A stretch of DNA of 64,000 bases from Candidatus Latescibacterota bacterium (GTDB lineage Bacteria > Latescibacterota > UBA2968 > UBA8231). Within the stretch, counting starts at the first letter, position 1; the number at the start of each line of letters is the position of its first letter. The stretch spans positions 3,808,001 through 3,872,000 of the forward strand of contig OZ242005.1 in the NCBI GenBank assembly GCA_965204725.1, written 5' to 3'. Below the pieces are notes generated by a model, which saw only the letters and a list, made by a program, of their open reading frames with translations, was not told the DNA's origin and searched no databases. Positions 11,408 through 20,603 of the stretch are shown here, piece by piece. The position numbers and the translations under genes are program-made.

Positions 11408-13434
11408 TTGACTTGGACGACGATTTGCCGCACGCCGATGTTGTCGAGGGCGTCGATGGCCTGCACGACAATGACGTGCTCGCCCGACGCCAGCCCTTCA
11501 ACGGCAAAGCGCGCCTTTTCGCCGCGGCTGTCAAAGACGCCGTCCAACGGCGCGATGGGGTGCTGTTGTTCGTCGTAATCAATGGTGTAATAGGCTTTTT
11601 GCACCGCTGAGATGCGGTCGCTAATCGCCACTTCAACGACCGCTCCAGCGGCGTTGGTCTGCGCGTCGAGTTCAACGGTGGGCGGGCTGTTGTCGATGGC
11701 GAAGGGTGCGCTTTCGCGCTCGTCGCGCAAGCGTTCGGCCGCTGAGTTGTCTAGGCGATCGGAGGCGACCAGCTTGAGCTGGGTTTGGCCTTCGGGCATG
11801 GATTCGGTATCCCAGACAACCGAGGTTTGCGCGATGTTTTCTTCGACCAACTTCCACGCTTGCTGCCCCTCGCCTTTGAGATAGAGGTCGTACACCAGCC
11901 CGTCCTCGTTGGGGTCTTGAGCTTGCCAGCGCACTAGGCGCAGGCTCTTGGCATGAGGGGGACGGTTGTTGCGCCGCCCTTGGCCCGCTTGAGGGACGCC
12001 TTGGGATTGGCCGCCGTTGCCGGATTGTTGGGGCCGGAAGGGAAAGGTTTGCAGCTCGGTAATGCGGGGCTTGAGGTTGACTTGGACGCCGCGGATTTCA
12101 ATGGAACTGAGTCGGGGCGTGGCCTCGTCGTGGGTGGATTCCATCTCGACCCGGTATTGGATAAAGCGAGCGGGGGGGCTGGTGATGGTTTGGCCGCTCT
12201 CGGTCAGGGGCTCGGACCACGCGCTCCAAGTTTTGTCCGGCACCTCGCTGTTGCCGGTGCGCGTCTGCACGGTTAGGCGGGTGTCTGTGGGTTGGGTGCC
12301 GCGCCATTCGAGCGCACCCCACCGCGCGTGGATGGCAAAGTCCTCGACCGCTGATTCAAAGTGCCCACTGCGGCGGCCCGTCCCGGGCAGGACGGAGACG
12401 ACGGCTTTTTGCGCCCCGCCCAAATAGAGCGTGCCCCTTGGCCCGAACAAAAGGCGGCTGGGAACGAAGCTCTCGAATTGCACGACCAACGCCCGGCGGC
12501 CATCGGCACTCAGGCGCGAAAGCCGCGCCGGGCTAGCGGTGCTGAGCATCAGGTGTTCGCCGGCGGCAACGAGGCGGACGGACTGGGTTTCGGCGTCCTC
12601 CCAGATGGGATAGACCGCCCCCTCCGCGCCGACTCGGTACACGGCTGCTTGGCCCTTGTGGGAGTTTTCGCCGTTGCTCGGCGCGGGAATCGCGCTGGCG
12701 AAAATTTTTCCGTTGGCACCGGCCACTAGGTTGTGAATTTCTTCTTGCTCGCTTTCAAAGAGCAGCCGCCCGCGGCCCTCGCCATCGAGCGCGTAAATGC
12801 GGCCCTTGTCGGCCGTGCCGGCGTACAGGCGATCATCGTGGACGAGCAGCGTTATGACATGGCGATCTTCAGGAGCAAAAAAGACCTCGTGCGACCCATC
12901 GTTGGCGATTTTGAGCACTCGGCCGGGATCGCCCGTGGCCGCGTAGAGCTGGCCGTCCATTAGGGCGAAGTCCCACACGTAGTGGCTGCCGGTCTGGAGC
13001 AGGGTTTCGGCCGGCCCCTCGCCGTCGAGCGCGTAGATTAGGCCATCGGGGGCCGAGCCCGCGTAGAGCCGACCATCAGGGCCGACGATCAGGGCGTGGA
13101 GGACGAGTTCGGGCGAGTCGAACAGCAACTCGGCTTGCCCCTCGTCATCAACGGCAAAGAGCCGGCCCGAGTCGCCGGTGCCCACGTAAATTCCCCCTTT
13201 GGGGTTGGGGACTATGGACCAGACGCGCTCGGCGTCTAATGACGCGAGCTCGACGAGCGCGGGCGCGAGCGCGAGCGTGCCGTCTGCGGCAATGGAGATG
13301 CCTTCGCTCTCGCCTTGGGCGAAGTCGTCGTACGCGTGCTGCTTCCAAGCCTTGGTACGCCCCGCGTCGGTCGCGCTGGCCGCCAACAGGAGCAAGAAAA
13401 ACGAAAACAGGGCTGGGGTCGTAGTACGTATCAT
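11404..13434 (-). CDS. Secreted beta-propeller protein with C-terminal beta-sandwich/FN3-like domains
   Basis: Signal peptide; repeated G.LY(A/V)GTG..G.(L/I)Y blades; TRTG...WSAWS...RFIQYR module; DNSPP. Confidence 0.7.
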   Translation of the reverse strand: MIRTTTPALFSFFLLLLAASATDAGRTKAWKQHAYDDFAQGESEGISIAADGTLALAPALVELASLDAERVWSIVPNPKGGIYVGTGDSGRLFAVDDEGQAELLFDSPELVLHALIVGPDGRLYAGSAPDGLIYALDGEGPAETLLQTGSHYVWDFALMDGQLYAATGDPGRVLKIANDGSHEVFFAPEDRHVITLLVHDDRLYAGTADKGRIYALDGEGRGRLLFESEQEEIHNLVAGANGKIFASAIPAPSNGENSHKGQAAVYRVGAEGAVYPIWEDAETQSVRLVAAGEHLMLSTASPARLSRLSADGRRALVVQFESFVPSRLLFGPRGTLYLGGAQKAVVSVLPGTGRRSGHFESAVEDFAIHARWGALEWRGTQPTDTRLTVQTRTGNSEVPDKTWSAWSEPLTESGQTITSPPARFIQYRVEMESTHDEATPRLSSIEIRGVQVNLKPRITELQTFPFRPQQSGNGGQSQGVPQAGQGRRNNRPPHAKSLRLVRWQAQDPNEDGLVYDLYLKGEGQQAWKLVEENIAQTSVVWDTESMPEGQTQLKLVASDRLDNSAAERLRDERESAPFAIDNSPPTVELDAQTNAAGAVVEVAISDRISAVQKAYYTIDYDEQQHPIAPLDGVFDSRGEKARFAVEGLASGEHVIVVQAIDALDNIGVRQIVVQVK

Positions 13435-13438
13435 TGGA

Positions 13439-15181
13439 TCAGGGCTTTCTCAAAGTCATGTCGAGGCTTTGCTCGCCTAAGAGGACATAGTCCGTGCTCA
13501 CAGTGCGGCGGAGGACGACCTCGCCTTGTACCGGTCCCAGATGCCCGGCCGAGCGGTCCGCGCTCAGCACGGCCAACGCCGACGGAGGCAAACCGGGCAA
13601 CTCGCGCCCGTTTACCGTAAAGCCCGATCCAGCGCGAAAGATCTCGACGACCAGCTCGTCGGCCGCACTCGGGCGCTCGAGCAATGCGAGCAAGTCGGCG
13701 GCATTGCGCGGCACAAACGCATCGGGCTGACGTGCAGTTTCCCAACCTGTGCTCGCCACCCCGCTGCCGACGCGCACGACGAAGGGGCCGGGTTCGAGAT
13801 GCGTGGGCAAATCCAACGCCAGACGCTCTGTTACCGGCTCGGCGCGATACGGTTGCAACGTCGCTTGCAGCGAAACCCGCTGCCCGACCTTGGGATCGGG
13901 CGGCGACAGCCGCAGCCCGGTGATGCGAGCTTGGGCTAGGGTTTCGCCGATTTCCAACTCAAAGTGCAGCGAGTCTAACGCCAGCCCGGCGAAGGGGTTG
14001 TTGAGCAGCCTATCAACCGGCTGCACGGCGTCGATCACAGCACTGAGCGGCGCGATTCCGCTGCTGTACATTTGCTCGCGCTCCACCGTGCGACCATCGG
14101 CCAATGCGATGTGGCTACGCACCCGCAGCGTCGCGTCGCCAACGAGCTTTTCCGTTGTTTCAAGCGAGTTGAACAAAACCGAGCGCACGAAGGACGCGCT
14201 TAGCGCGGGGTGGCGCAGCACCTCGCAGCGGAAGGCGCGATTGCCAGCCGCTGACCGCAGGGCCACCCGCACGGGCAGCATGTCCGGCGCGTCGCCCAGC
14301 GTCCCGGCGATCGCCGGAAGGCGGTCTTGGCGCACCGCCCCCAGTGCGCCGGTCGGCGTCCCCAGCTTAAAGGAGGCGGTCTGAATGGGAATGACTTGGT
14401 GGATATAGGCGCCGGTGGCGGGCAGGTTGGTAGCCCCCAGAAAAAACATCGGATGCCCAAAGCCGACGAAGCGGCCAGCGCCGACCCAAGTAAGGGTGCC
14501 GATGGCCGCGGCGCTGTAATCGCCGCGGATTAGCTGCACGGCCAGCGAGGCCCCCGGCGCGATGGACGCCTCTTGGTCGGGCAGTACGCGCCCGGCCGGG
14601 CTGTCCAAAAGCTCGATGCCCGGCGCGTCGAGCGCGTCGCGCAACACCTGCCGCCCCCTCGGACTGAAACCGGCGACCGCTATGGGCATCCCCAGCGGCG
14701 CTAGGGTGCTGACGCCCTCGCCGCCGAGCAGGCGGGTGGTCTCTTCGTCTAGGTCTAAGACTTTTCCGTACTGGTTTGGCGTGGGGTCTTGGCGCGTGGC
14801 TACTTCGAGCATCTGGGCGATGGGGGTGATTCCGCCGATGGGGTCCTTGGAAAAGTACCAGCCGTAGGCGATGGCACCGATGAGCCGCCCATCGATGTAC
14901 ACCGGGCTGCCGCTCATGCCCCTTATCAGGCCCGTGTGCTCCAACGGGCCGCCCGAAAGCCGGGCGAGGATCATGTCCATGCGCGGCCCCAAGGCTCCTT
15001 TTAGCACCCCCAAAACTTCGACTTGGAAGGTGTCGATCGCAGTGCCTTGGAAGGTCGTCAGCCCAAAGCCGCTCATGCCGCGGCGCAACTCGCTGGGCGC
15101 CATGAGCGGTTGTGCGCCGAGCGCGGGAGCAGCCAAGAGCAACGACGCTAGCGCGACTAGTATGGGAAATGAGGTCTGCAC
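13439..15181 (-). CDS. SpoIVB/peptidase S55 domain protein
   Basis: Signal peptide; GMSGSPVYIDGRLIGAIAYGW; FGHPM. Confidence 0.85.
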   Translation of the reverse strand: MQTSFPILVALASLLLAAPALGAQPLMAPSELRRGMSGFGLTTFQGTAIDTFQVEVLGVLKGALGPRMDMILARLSGGPLEHTGLIRGMSGSPVYIDGRLIGAIAYGWYFSKDPIGGITPIAQMLEVATRQDPTPNQYGKVLDLDEETTRLLGGEGVSTLAPLGMPIAVAGFSPRGRQVLRDALDAPGIELLDSPAGRVLPDQEASIAPGASLAVQLIRGDYSAAAIGTLTWVGAGRFVGFGHPMFFLGATNLPATGAYIHQVIPIQTASFKLGTPTGALGAVRQDRLPAIAGTLGDAPDMLPVRVALRSAAGNRAFRCEVLRHPALSASFVRSVLFNSLETTEKLVGDATLRVRSHIALADGRTVEREQMYSSGIAPLSAVIDAVQPVDRLLNNPFAGLALDSLHFELEIGETLAQARITGLRLSPPDPKVGQRVSLQATLQPYRAEPVTERLALDLPTHLEPGPFVVRVGSGVASTGWETARQPDAFVPRNAADLLALLERPSAADELVVEIFRAGSGFTVNGRELPGLPPSALAVLSADRSAGHLGPVQGEVVLRRTVSTDYVLLGEQSLDMTLRKP

Positions 15182-15397
15182 GACCTTTTGCTTGCCTTTC
15201 CATAGAGAAAAGTACTGAAAAAAGCTATACTTGGGCTAGGGAAAAGTCAAGGTAAGTCGAGTGCTTATAGGCGTTGTAACATTTTGTTTGACAAGGAGTT
15301 GCTTCTCTTGGATTTGTGGGCCAGCCCTTGACAAACGCCGCGCTAGACGCCATTACTTTTGCTCTCGCCACCACCTACGTGCCAATAGGAGAAGATC

Positions 15398-16405
15398 ATG
15401 CTGAATATCGGTTTTATCGGCTGCGGCGGCATCGCCCGCCATCACGCCCAATGCCTGTCCCAAGTCCGGGGAGCGCGCATTTTCGCGGCTGCGGATGTCG
15501 TGGCCGACGCGGCCGCAGGGTTCGCCCGCGACTTCGGAGCCGAGCACCACTTCGCGGACTTTCGCGACCTGCTCGACCTGCCCGCGATCGACGCGGTGTG
15601 GATCTGTACCCCCACCTTCCAGCACCCCGCGCCGGTCATCGCCGCAGCCAAAGCCGGCAAGCACGTCTTCTGCGAGAAGCCCATGGCGCTGAAGGTGGCC
15701 GATGCGCGGCGCATGGCGAATGCTTGCCGCCAAGCCGATGTGCGGCTGACCATTGGCTTTGTGCGCCGCTTTGACGCTCAGTGGGGCAAGCTCAAGGAGA
15801 TCGTCCAATCCGGGGCCGTCGGCACCCCGGTCGTGTGGCGCTTTGCTGCGGGGGGCCGCCCGGGCCGCCCGTGGTTCCGCGATGAGAACAAAGGCGGCGG
15901 TCCGCTGATGGACGGTGCCGTACACAACTACGATTTCGCCTTGCAGATTTTCGGCCCGGCCGCTTCGGCGCAGGCCTCTTCCCTGCAATTCGATCCCACC
16001 AGCGTCGGCGCTGACACCGCCAGCGTCATCATCAACTTTGCCAGCGGCGACCAACACGCCCTGATCTGGTCGTGGGGCGTGACCGCTGGTACCCCCGTGG
16101 CGAGTCTCAACGACGTGATTGGTCCGGCCGGCACCCTGCAATTCGGCATGACCGCCCAGCAGGCCCCGGCGCGCTTCAACCCGCAAAAAAGCGGTGCCTT
16201 TACGCTCAAGACGGGCGAGGGCCGCGAGCGAGTGTACTCCTATCCGCTCAAGGACATGTTCGCCGAACAGGCCAAACACGTGGTCCGGTACTTTGCCAAG
16301 GGCGAACAGCCGCTGGTGACTGGCGACGACGGGATCGCCGCCTTGGAGGTTGCGACGGCTGTGTTGCGGGCAGGGAAGGGGCAGCGGACGGTGAAAATTG
16401 GTTAG
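15398..16405 (+). CDS. Gfo/Idh/MocA-family oxidoreductase
   Basis: GCGGIA Rossmann motif, GKHVFCEKP, GGGPLMDGAVH. Confidence 0.92.
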   Translation: MLNIGFIGCGGIARHHAQCLSQVRGARIFAAADVVADAAAGFARDFGAEHHFADFRDLLDLPAIDAVWICTPTFQHPAPVIAAAKAGKHVFCEKPMALKVADARRMANACRQADVRLTIGFVRRFDAQWGKLKEIVQSGAVGTPVVWRFAAGGRPGRPWFRDENKGGGPLMDGAVHNYDFALQIFGPAASAQASSLQFDPTSVGADTASVIINFASGDQHALIWSWGVTAGTPVASLNDVIGPAGTLQFGMTAQQAPARFNPQKSGAFTLKTGEGRERVYSYPLKDMFAEQAKHVVRYFAKGEQPLVTGDDGIAALEVATAVLRAGKGQRTVKIG

Positions 16406-16406
16406 A

Positions 16407-17292
16407 AACCAATGGTGCTAGTGTTTTATAATCCGAACTCCGCGATAGACAAGGCGACGAATCCGTTTTCATCGGCTTGTACTCCGTGCCACTGCACCAG
16501 CAGATTGAAGGCGGCCATGGCCAAGCCGAGATGGGCGGTGAAATACGCCCAAGCTCGATGGGTCTGCTGCTTAAATCGGCTGATTCGGGTGAGCATGGAA
16601 AAGACCGTCTCAAGGACCATCCGCTCGCCCCAGGTGTTACGGCGACACACTTTCAGATTGGCCGGATCGCCGGCTTGGGCATGAAAGCCTGGGTCGCTGA
16701 GGACGATCATCTGCTGTTGGAAGCGCCGGATCATCGGATGAAAGACCGTCTCAAGGACATTGGCCGTATTCCAATCCCAATCAACGATCCGGCCCCATTG
16801 ATTGACGATAACGCACAGCTTGCCTCCGACGATCCAGCGGTGATTGGACCGTCCTTTCTTACCGAGGGGGTGCCGCGCCCGCCCCTGACGCACCGGATGG
16901 ATCAACTCGATGCCATAGCTATCGACTACCCCCAACGTCGTCGGCTCCGCGCGGAAGCGGTCGGTCCAATCGGCATGGGTCGTGAACAGGCGAAACAAGC
17001 GGGTGCGCGACACCAAGCGCGGGAACAAGGCCTGCCAATCCCGCACCAGCCAGCGGTAAAATGCCCGTTTGCTGCCGCCTTTGAGCGCATACAACACCCC
17101 TAAGGTTACGACCTCGCTGGGGTATAAAAACGCTTGCGGATGTTTGGGTACGTCCAGCATGTGATTGTCAATGCGATAGAAGAGGGCTATTATAAAATCG
17201 GCTGTGGTCATCGGGACGATCCTCCGTTGAAAGGTGGGACCCCTCAGCGTAGGAACTACCGCGACCACGGTCAACTACTAGCACCATTAGTT
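16407..17292 (-). mobile_element. IS982-like insertion sequence
   Basis: Terminal inverted repeats with 12-bp core AATGGTGCTAGT (16411) / ACTAGCACCATT (17277) around a transposase; exact ends uncertain. Confidence 0.7.
16426..17211 (-). CDS. DDE transposase, IS982-like
   Basis: VDSYGIEL, WIVGGKL, LSDPGFH, RMVLETVFSML; start at MTTADF (GGAGG RBS). Confidence 0.8.
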   Translation of the reverse strand: MTTADFIIALFYRIDNHMLDVPKHPQAFLYPSEVVTLGVLYALKGGSKRAFYRWLVRDWQALFPRLVSRTRLFRLFTTHADWTDRFRAEPTTLGVVDSYGIELIHPVRQGRARHPLGKKGRSNHRWIVGGKLCVIVNQWGRIVDWDWNTANVLETVFHPMIRRFQQQMIVLSDPGFHAQAGDPANLKVCRRNTWGERMVLETVFSMLTRISRFKQQTHRAWAYFTAHLGLAMAAFNLLVQWHGVQADENGFVALSIAEFGL

Positions 17293-17297
17293 AGTAG

Positions 17298-17396
17298 TCG
17301 GCTGTGGTCATCGGGACGATCCTCCGTTGAAAGGTGGGACACCCTCAGCGTAGGAACTACCTTGACCACGGTCAACATACTAGCACCATATAGTTA
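17298..17396. repeat. Tandem degenerate duplicate of the IS end 17198-17293
   Basis: ~96-bp direct repeat with 100-bp period, single-base indels and a few substitutions. Confidence 0.9.
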
Positions 17397-17542
17397 TAAG
17401 CCCTTTTTTGGCGGCAAATTTGGTGCCGCCGGTTAGCGGACGAATGAGACATAATGGTTGATCTCTCCATATTAGACGGGGGCCTTGCTGCGAGTGCCCA
17501 GCCCTGTTGGGTGCTTGGAATTATCGTTGATTTAATGTTTCA

Positions 17543-17581
17543 TAAGTCATTGAAAAACAACGACTTACCCCCCCCCCCCCC
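17543..17581. repeat. Imperfect palindrome plus poly-C tract (copy 1)
   Basis: TAAGTCATTG-AAAAA-CAACGACTTA then C14; similar copy at 55758. Confidence 0.6.
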
Positions 17582-17878
17582 ACAAATTCTTCTCGACCAC
17601 TAAGCACCAAATTCTCCACTTCTCAGCATCGGCCAACCGATCGTGCGAGGCCGTTTGGCGTAGCGAGGGTCTTGCCGCACGGCCCCAAGGCCCTCGCAGT
17701 GCCGGGCGGCCTTCGTCATGTACGCCGGTGCGGCCTAAGGCTAGCCACGCCTCTTTTAGTGCTCCATTACCTTTCCCCCTTACTACACGACACTAGCGGC
17801 CGCCTTCCAAGGATCGAGAGCGGGACGCCCTCGATCCCGGACGCAGCGTCAACATCAGAAAAGGCGGACTCAACGTAA

Positions 17879-20437
17879 GTGTCGCGTATTAAGATTCCAG
17901 TGAACAAACGCACTTGTCGGGCCTTGTCGGTCTTGTTGTCGCTGTTGCTCGCCGCGGCGACGTTTGCCGACGAGGTTGATTGGCCGTACTACGGGGCCGA
18001 TTGGGGCGGCACCCGCTACACTCCGGCGGACCAAATCCACCGCGACAACTTCGATCAGTTGCGCGTGGTCTGGCACTATCGGCCTCGCGATCAGCAGATC
18101 TCGAGACAGCTAGAGCGAGGTGGTCGTTCTCGCCTCCGTTTCAGCAATAACCGGGGTACGCCACTCGCCGTGAATGGGGTGCTCTACTATGGATCGCCCT
18201 TCAACATCCTCTCGGCCATTGACGGCCAAAGCGGCGAGGAGTTGTGGGCTTTCGACCCGGAGGCTTGGCAGAATCGTTCTAGGTTTTTCGGCCGTTCGCG
18301 CGGGGTGAGCTATTGGACTGATGGTGAGGTTCCCCGACCGTACTCCCCCCGCCGCAGACGAAGTTCAGTACGTCCGCCAGCAGCCCGGCCTCGACGAAAG
18401 GTTGAGCGGATCTTTCTGGCTACTTCGACCGCTCATCTGTACTCCATAGACGCCAAGACCGGCATCCCGGACCCAAATTTTGGCGAGGGCGGGCGCGTCG
18501 ATTTGGGGGCCTCGTTGCGTCGGCCACTGAGCGACAGGGATCGCAGGGGCTACGGGGTTACCGCCCCGCCCGTGGTGTGCCGAGACGTGGTCGCCGTTGG
18601 CTCGGCGATCATGAGCGGATGGCTGCAAGATCACGGTGCTCGCCAGATCACCCCCGGCGATGTGCAAGCCTTCGATGTGCGTACCGGCGAGAAGGTGTGG
18701 GAGTTTCACACGATCCCGCAGGAGGGCGAGTACGGCAACGAGACGTGGGAAAACGAGGCGTGGAAGACCTACGGCGCAGCCAATGTCTGGGCGACGATGA
18801 CCGCCGACGAGGAGTTGGGGTATCTCTACCTGCCGGTGAGCACGGCCAGCCACGACTACTACGGCGGCGAGCGTCCCGGCGACAACCTGTTCAGCGAGTC
18901 GGTGGTCTGTCTAGAGGCCGAGACCGGCGAGCGGGTGTGGCACTATCAGTTGGTTCATCACGGTCTGTGGAACTATGACCCGCCAGCGGCCCCCCTGCTG
19001 TTGGACGTGGTCATCAATGGCCAAGCGCGCAAAATTGTCGCCCAGCTTACCAAACAGGCTTTCTGCTTCGTCTTTGACCGCGTCACTGGCGAGCCGATCT
19101 GGCCGATTGTCGAAAAGCCGGTTCCGCAGTCACAGGTAGCGGGGGAACAGACCTCGCCGACGCAGCCTTTTCCGACCAAACCAGCGGCCTTCGAGCGTCA
19201 AGGCATAAGCGAGGCCGACCTGATCGACTTCACGCCTGAGTTGCGCGAGGAAGCTAAGGCCATTCTCGCTAAATACGACTACGGCCCGCTCTACACGCCG
19301 CCGACCGAGAAGGGCGTCTTGTTGGTTCCTAGCCCAGATGGCGGTGCCGATTGGGCAGGCGGCGCGGCCGACCCGCGCACGGGTGTGCTCTATGTGCCGT
19401 CGCACCGTGTCGTCCACAACTTGGTGCTGTGGCCGGTGCGCGACCCGGACGCTTATTCGGCGTTTTCTGCCAGTGCCAGTTGGCGCATCCTCGGCCCTCG
19501 GGGTTTGCCGCTGGTCAAGCCGCCCTACGGCAGCATCACGGCCATTGACCTCAACAGCGGGGAGCATATATGGCGGACGACGGTGGGCAAAGGTCCGGTC
19601 GATCACCCGGCCCTCAAGGACCTCGACCTGCCGGATATGGGCTGGGGCAACCGCACCTTCGTCTTGGCCACGCCGAACCTCCTGTTGGCCACTTCGCAGG
19701 GCCCGCACGGCCTCGCTGATGCTGGCGAGGATTACTTCGTCGATCGCGATGCGTATCTGCGGGCGTACGATTTGGCGTCCGGTGCGGAGATAGGCCGCGT
19801 CGAACTGCCCAGCAACGCCTATGGTGCGCCGATGAGCTATACGGCCGGCGGTCGTCAGTACGTAGTCGTGCCGCTGGGCAACTCTCTAGGCGAGTTCGGT
19901 CGTCCGCCTGAATTGGTCGCCTTGGCCATTCCACGCGATGGCGAGGAACTGCCGCCTCAAGGCCGAGACCGCGGCGACGCTGACCACAAAGCCTATTACG
20001 AGGCGGTAGAAGCCCTTGATGCTGGCGACGTTGAGACCCTTCAGAAGTTGCTCGCCGAGTACCCCGAGCTAACGACGGCTCGCGGCTACTTCGACGAGTA
20101 TTACGAATACCCGTACTTTCGCGGTGCCACGCTCTTGCACCATCTGGCTGGCGAACCACAGCGAGTACCGCTGCCCGCAAACGCGGTTGAACTAGCCGCG
20201 GCTCTGCTCTCAGCCGGTGCCGATCCCAACGCCGCCACTCTTGATTCGGTCGCCGTGCTGGATTTGGTGATGAGAAGTGCCCAGCTTGAATGGGCCAAGA
20301 GCAAGTCCGAAATGGTCCAGCTCTTAGTCTCAGAGGGCGTGGATTTAGATTACTTGGATATGGATACCTCTAAGGCCCTTGACGAGTTGCTCAGAGCGCA
20401 CCATGAAGCCGCCGGAGGGCAGGCGGATGCAGACTAG
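17879..20437 (+). CDS. PQQ-dependent (glucose/quinate-type) dehydrogenase with C-terminal ankyrin-like domain
   Basis: DWPYYG, GTPL, WEFHTIP, GAANVW, GDNLFSES, WHYQLVHHGLWNYD, PTQPFP, KPPYG; C-terminal GATLLHH...LLSAGADPNA. Confidence 0.88.
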   Translation: MSRIKIPVNKRTCRALSVLLSLLLAAATFADEVDWPYYGADWGGTRYTPADQIHRDNFDQLRVVWHYRPRDQQISRQLERGGRSRLRFSNNRGTPLAVNGVLYYGSPFNILSAIDGQSGEELWAFDPEAWQNRSRFFGRSRGVSYWTDGEVPRPYSPRRRRSSVRPPAARPRRKVERIFLATSTAHLYSIDAKTGIPDPNFGEGGRVDLGASLRRPLSDRDRRGYGVTAPPVVCRDVVAVGSAIMSGWLQDHGARQITPGDVQAFDVRTGEKVWEFHTIPQEGEYGNETWENEAWKTYGAANVWATMTADEELGYLYLPVSTASHDYYGGERPGDNLFSESVVCLEAETGERVWHYQLVHHGLWNYDPPAAPLLLDVVINGQARKIVAQLTKQAFCFVFDRVTGEPIWPIVEKPVPQSQVAGEQTSPTQPFPTKPAAFERQGISEADLIDFTPELREEAKAILAKYDYGPLYTPPTEKGVLLVPSPDGGADWAGGAADPRTGVLYVPSHRVVHNLVLWPVRDPDAYSAFSASASWRILGPRGLPLVKPPYGSITAIDLNSGEHIWRTTVGKGPVDHPALKDLDLPDMGWGNRTFVLATPNLLLATSQGPHGLADAGEDYFVDRDAYLRAYDLASGAEIGRVELPSNAYGAPMSYTAGGRQYVVVPLGNSLGEFGRPPELVALAIPRDGEELPPQGRDRGDADHKAYYEAVEALDAGDVETLQKLLAEYPELTTARGYFDEYYEYPYFRGATLLHHLAGEPQRVPLPANAVELAAALLSAGADPNAATLDSVAVLDLVMRSAQLEWAKSKSEMVQLLVSEGVDLDYLDMDTSKALDELLRAHHEAAGGQADAD

Positions 20438-20603
20438 TGCCGCTCCTTCGAGGAAGGGGTGCATAGACGGGCCATGCGAATCGCTGTAGGCCGTGCCCAT
20501 TTCTAAAAGATGGAGCATACGGCACAATGAGAATACCGACGCCCATCATCATCCGCGTCTTAATTGCCTTCGGTCTTCGACGATGTGGGTTATGGATACA
20601 GTT

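Noticed and set aside
15182-15397. FMN riboswitch upstream of the rib-containing operon
   Set aside because: No RFN consensus visible; ribD overlaps the upstream gene, leaving no leader
15353-16279. Long antisense or alternate-frame ORFs (also 53232-54314, 51296-52156, 37170-38093, 10781-11578)
   Set aside because: Shadow ORFs of high-GC genes with no motifs, overlapping well-supported CDSs
17198-17396. CRISPR array
   Set aside because: Two ~96-bp units with no spacer; the sequence is the IS end
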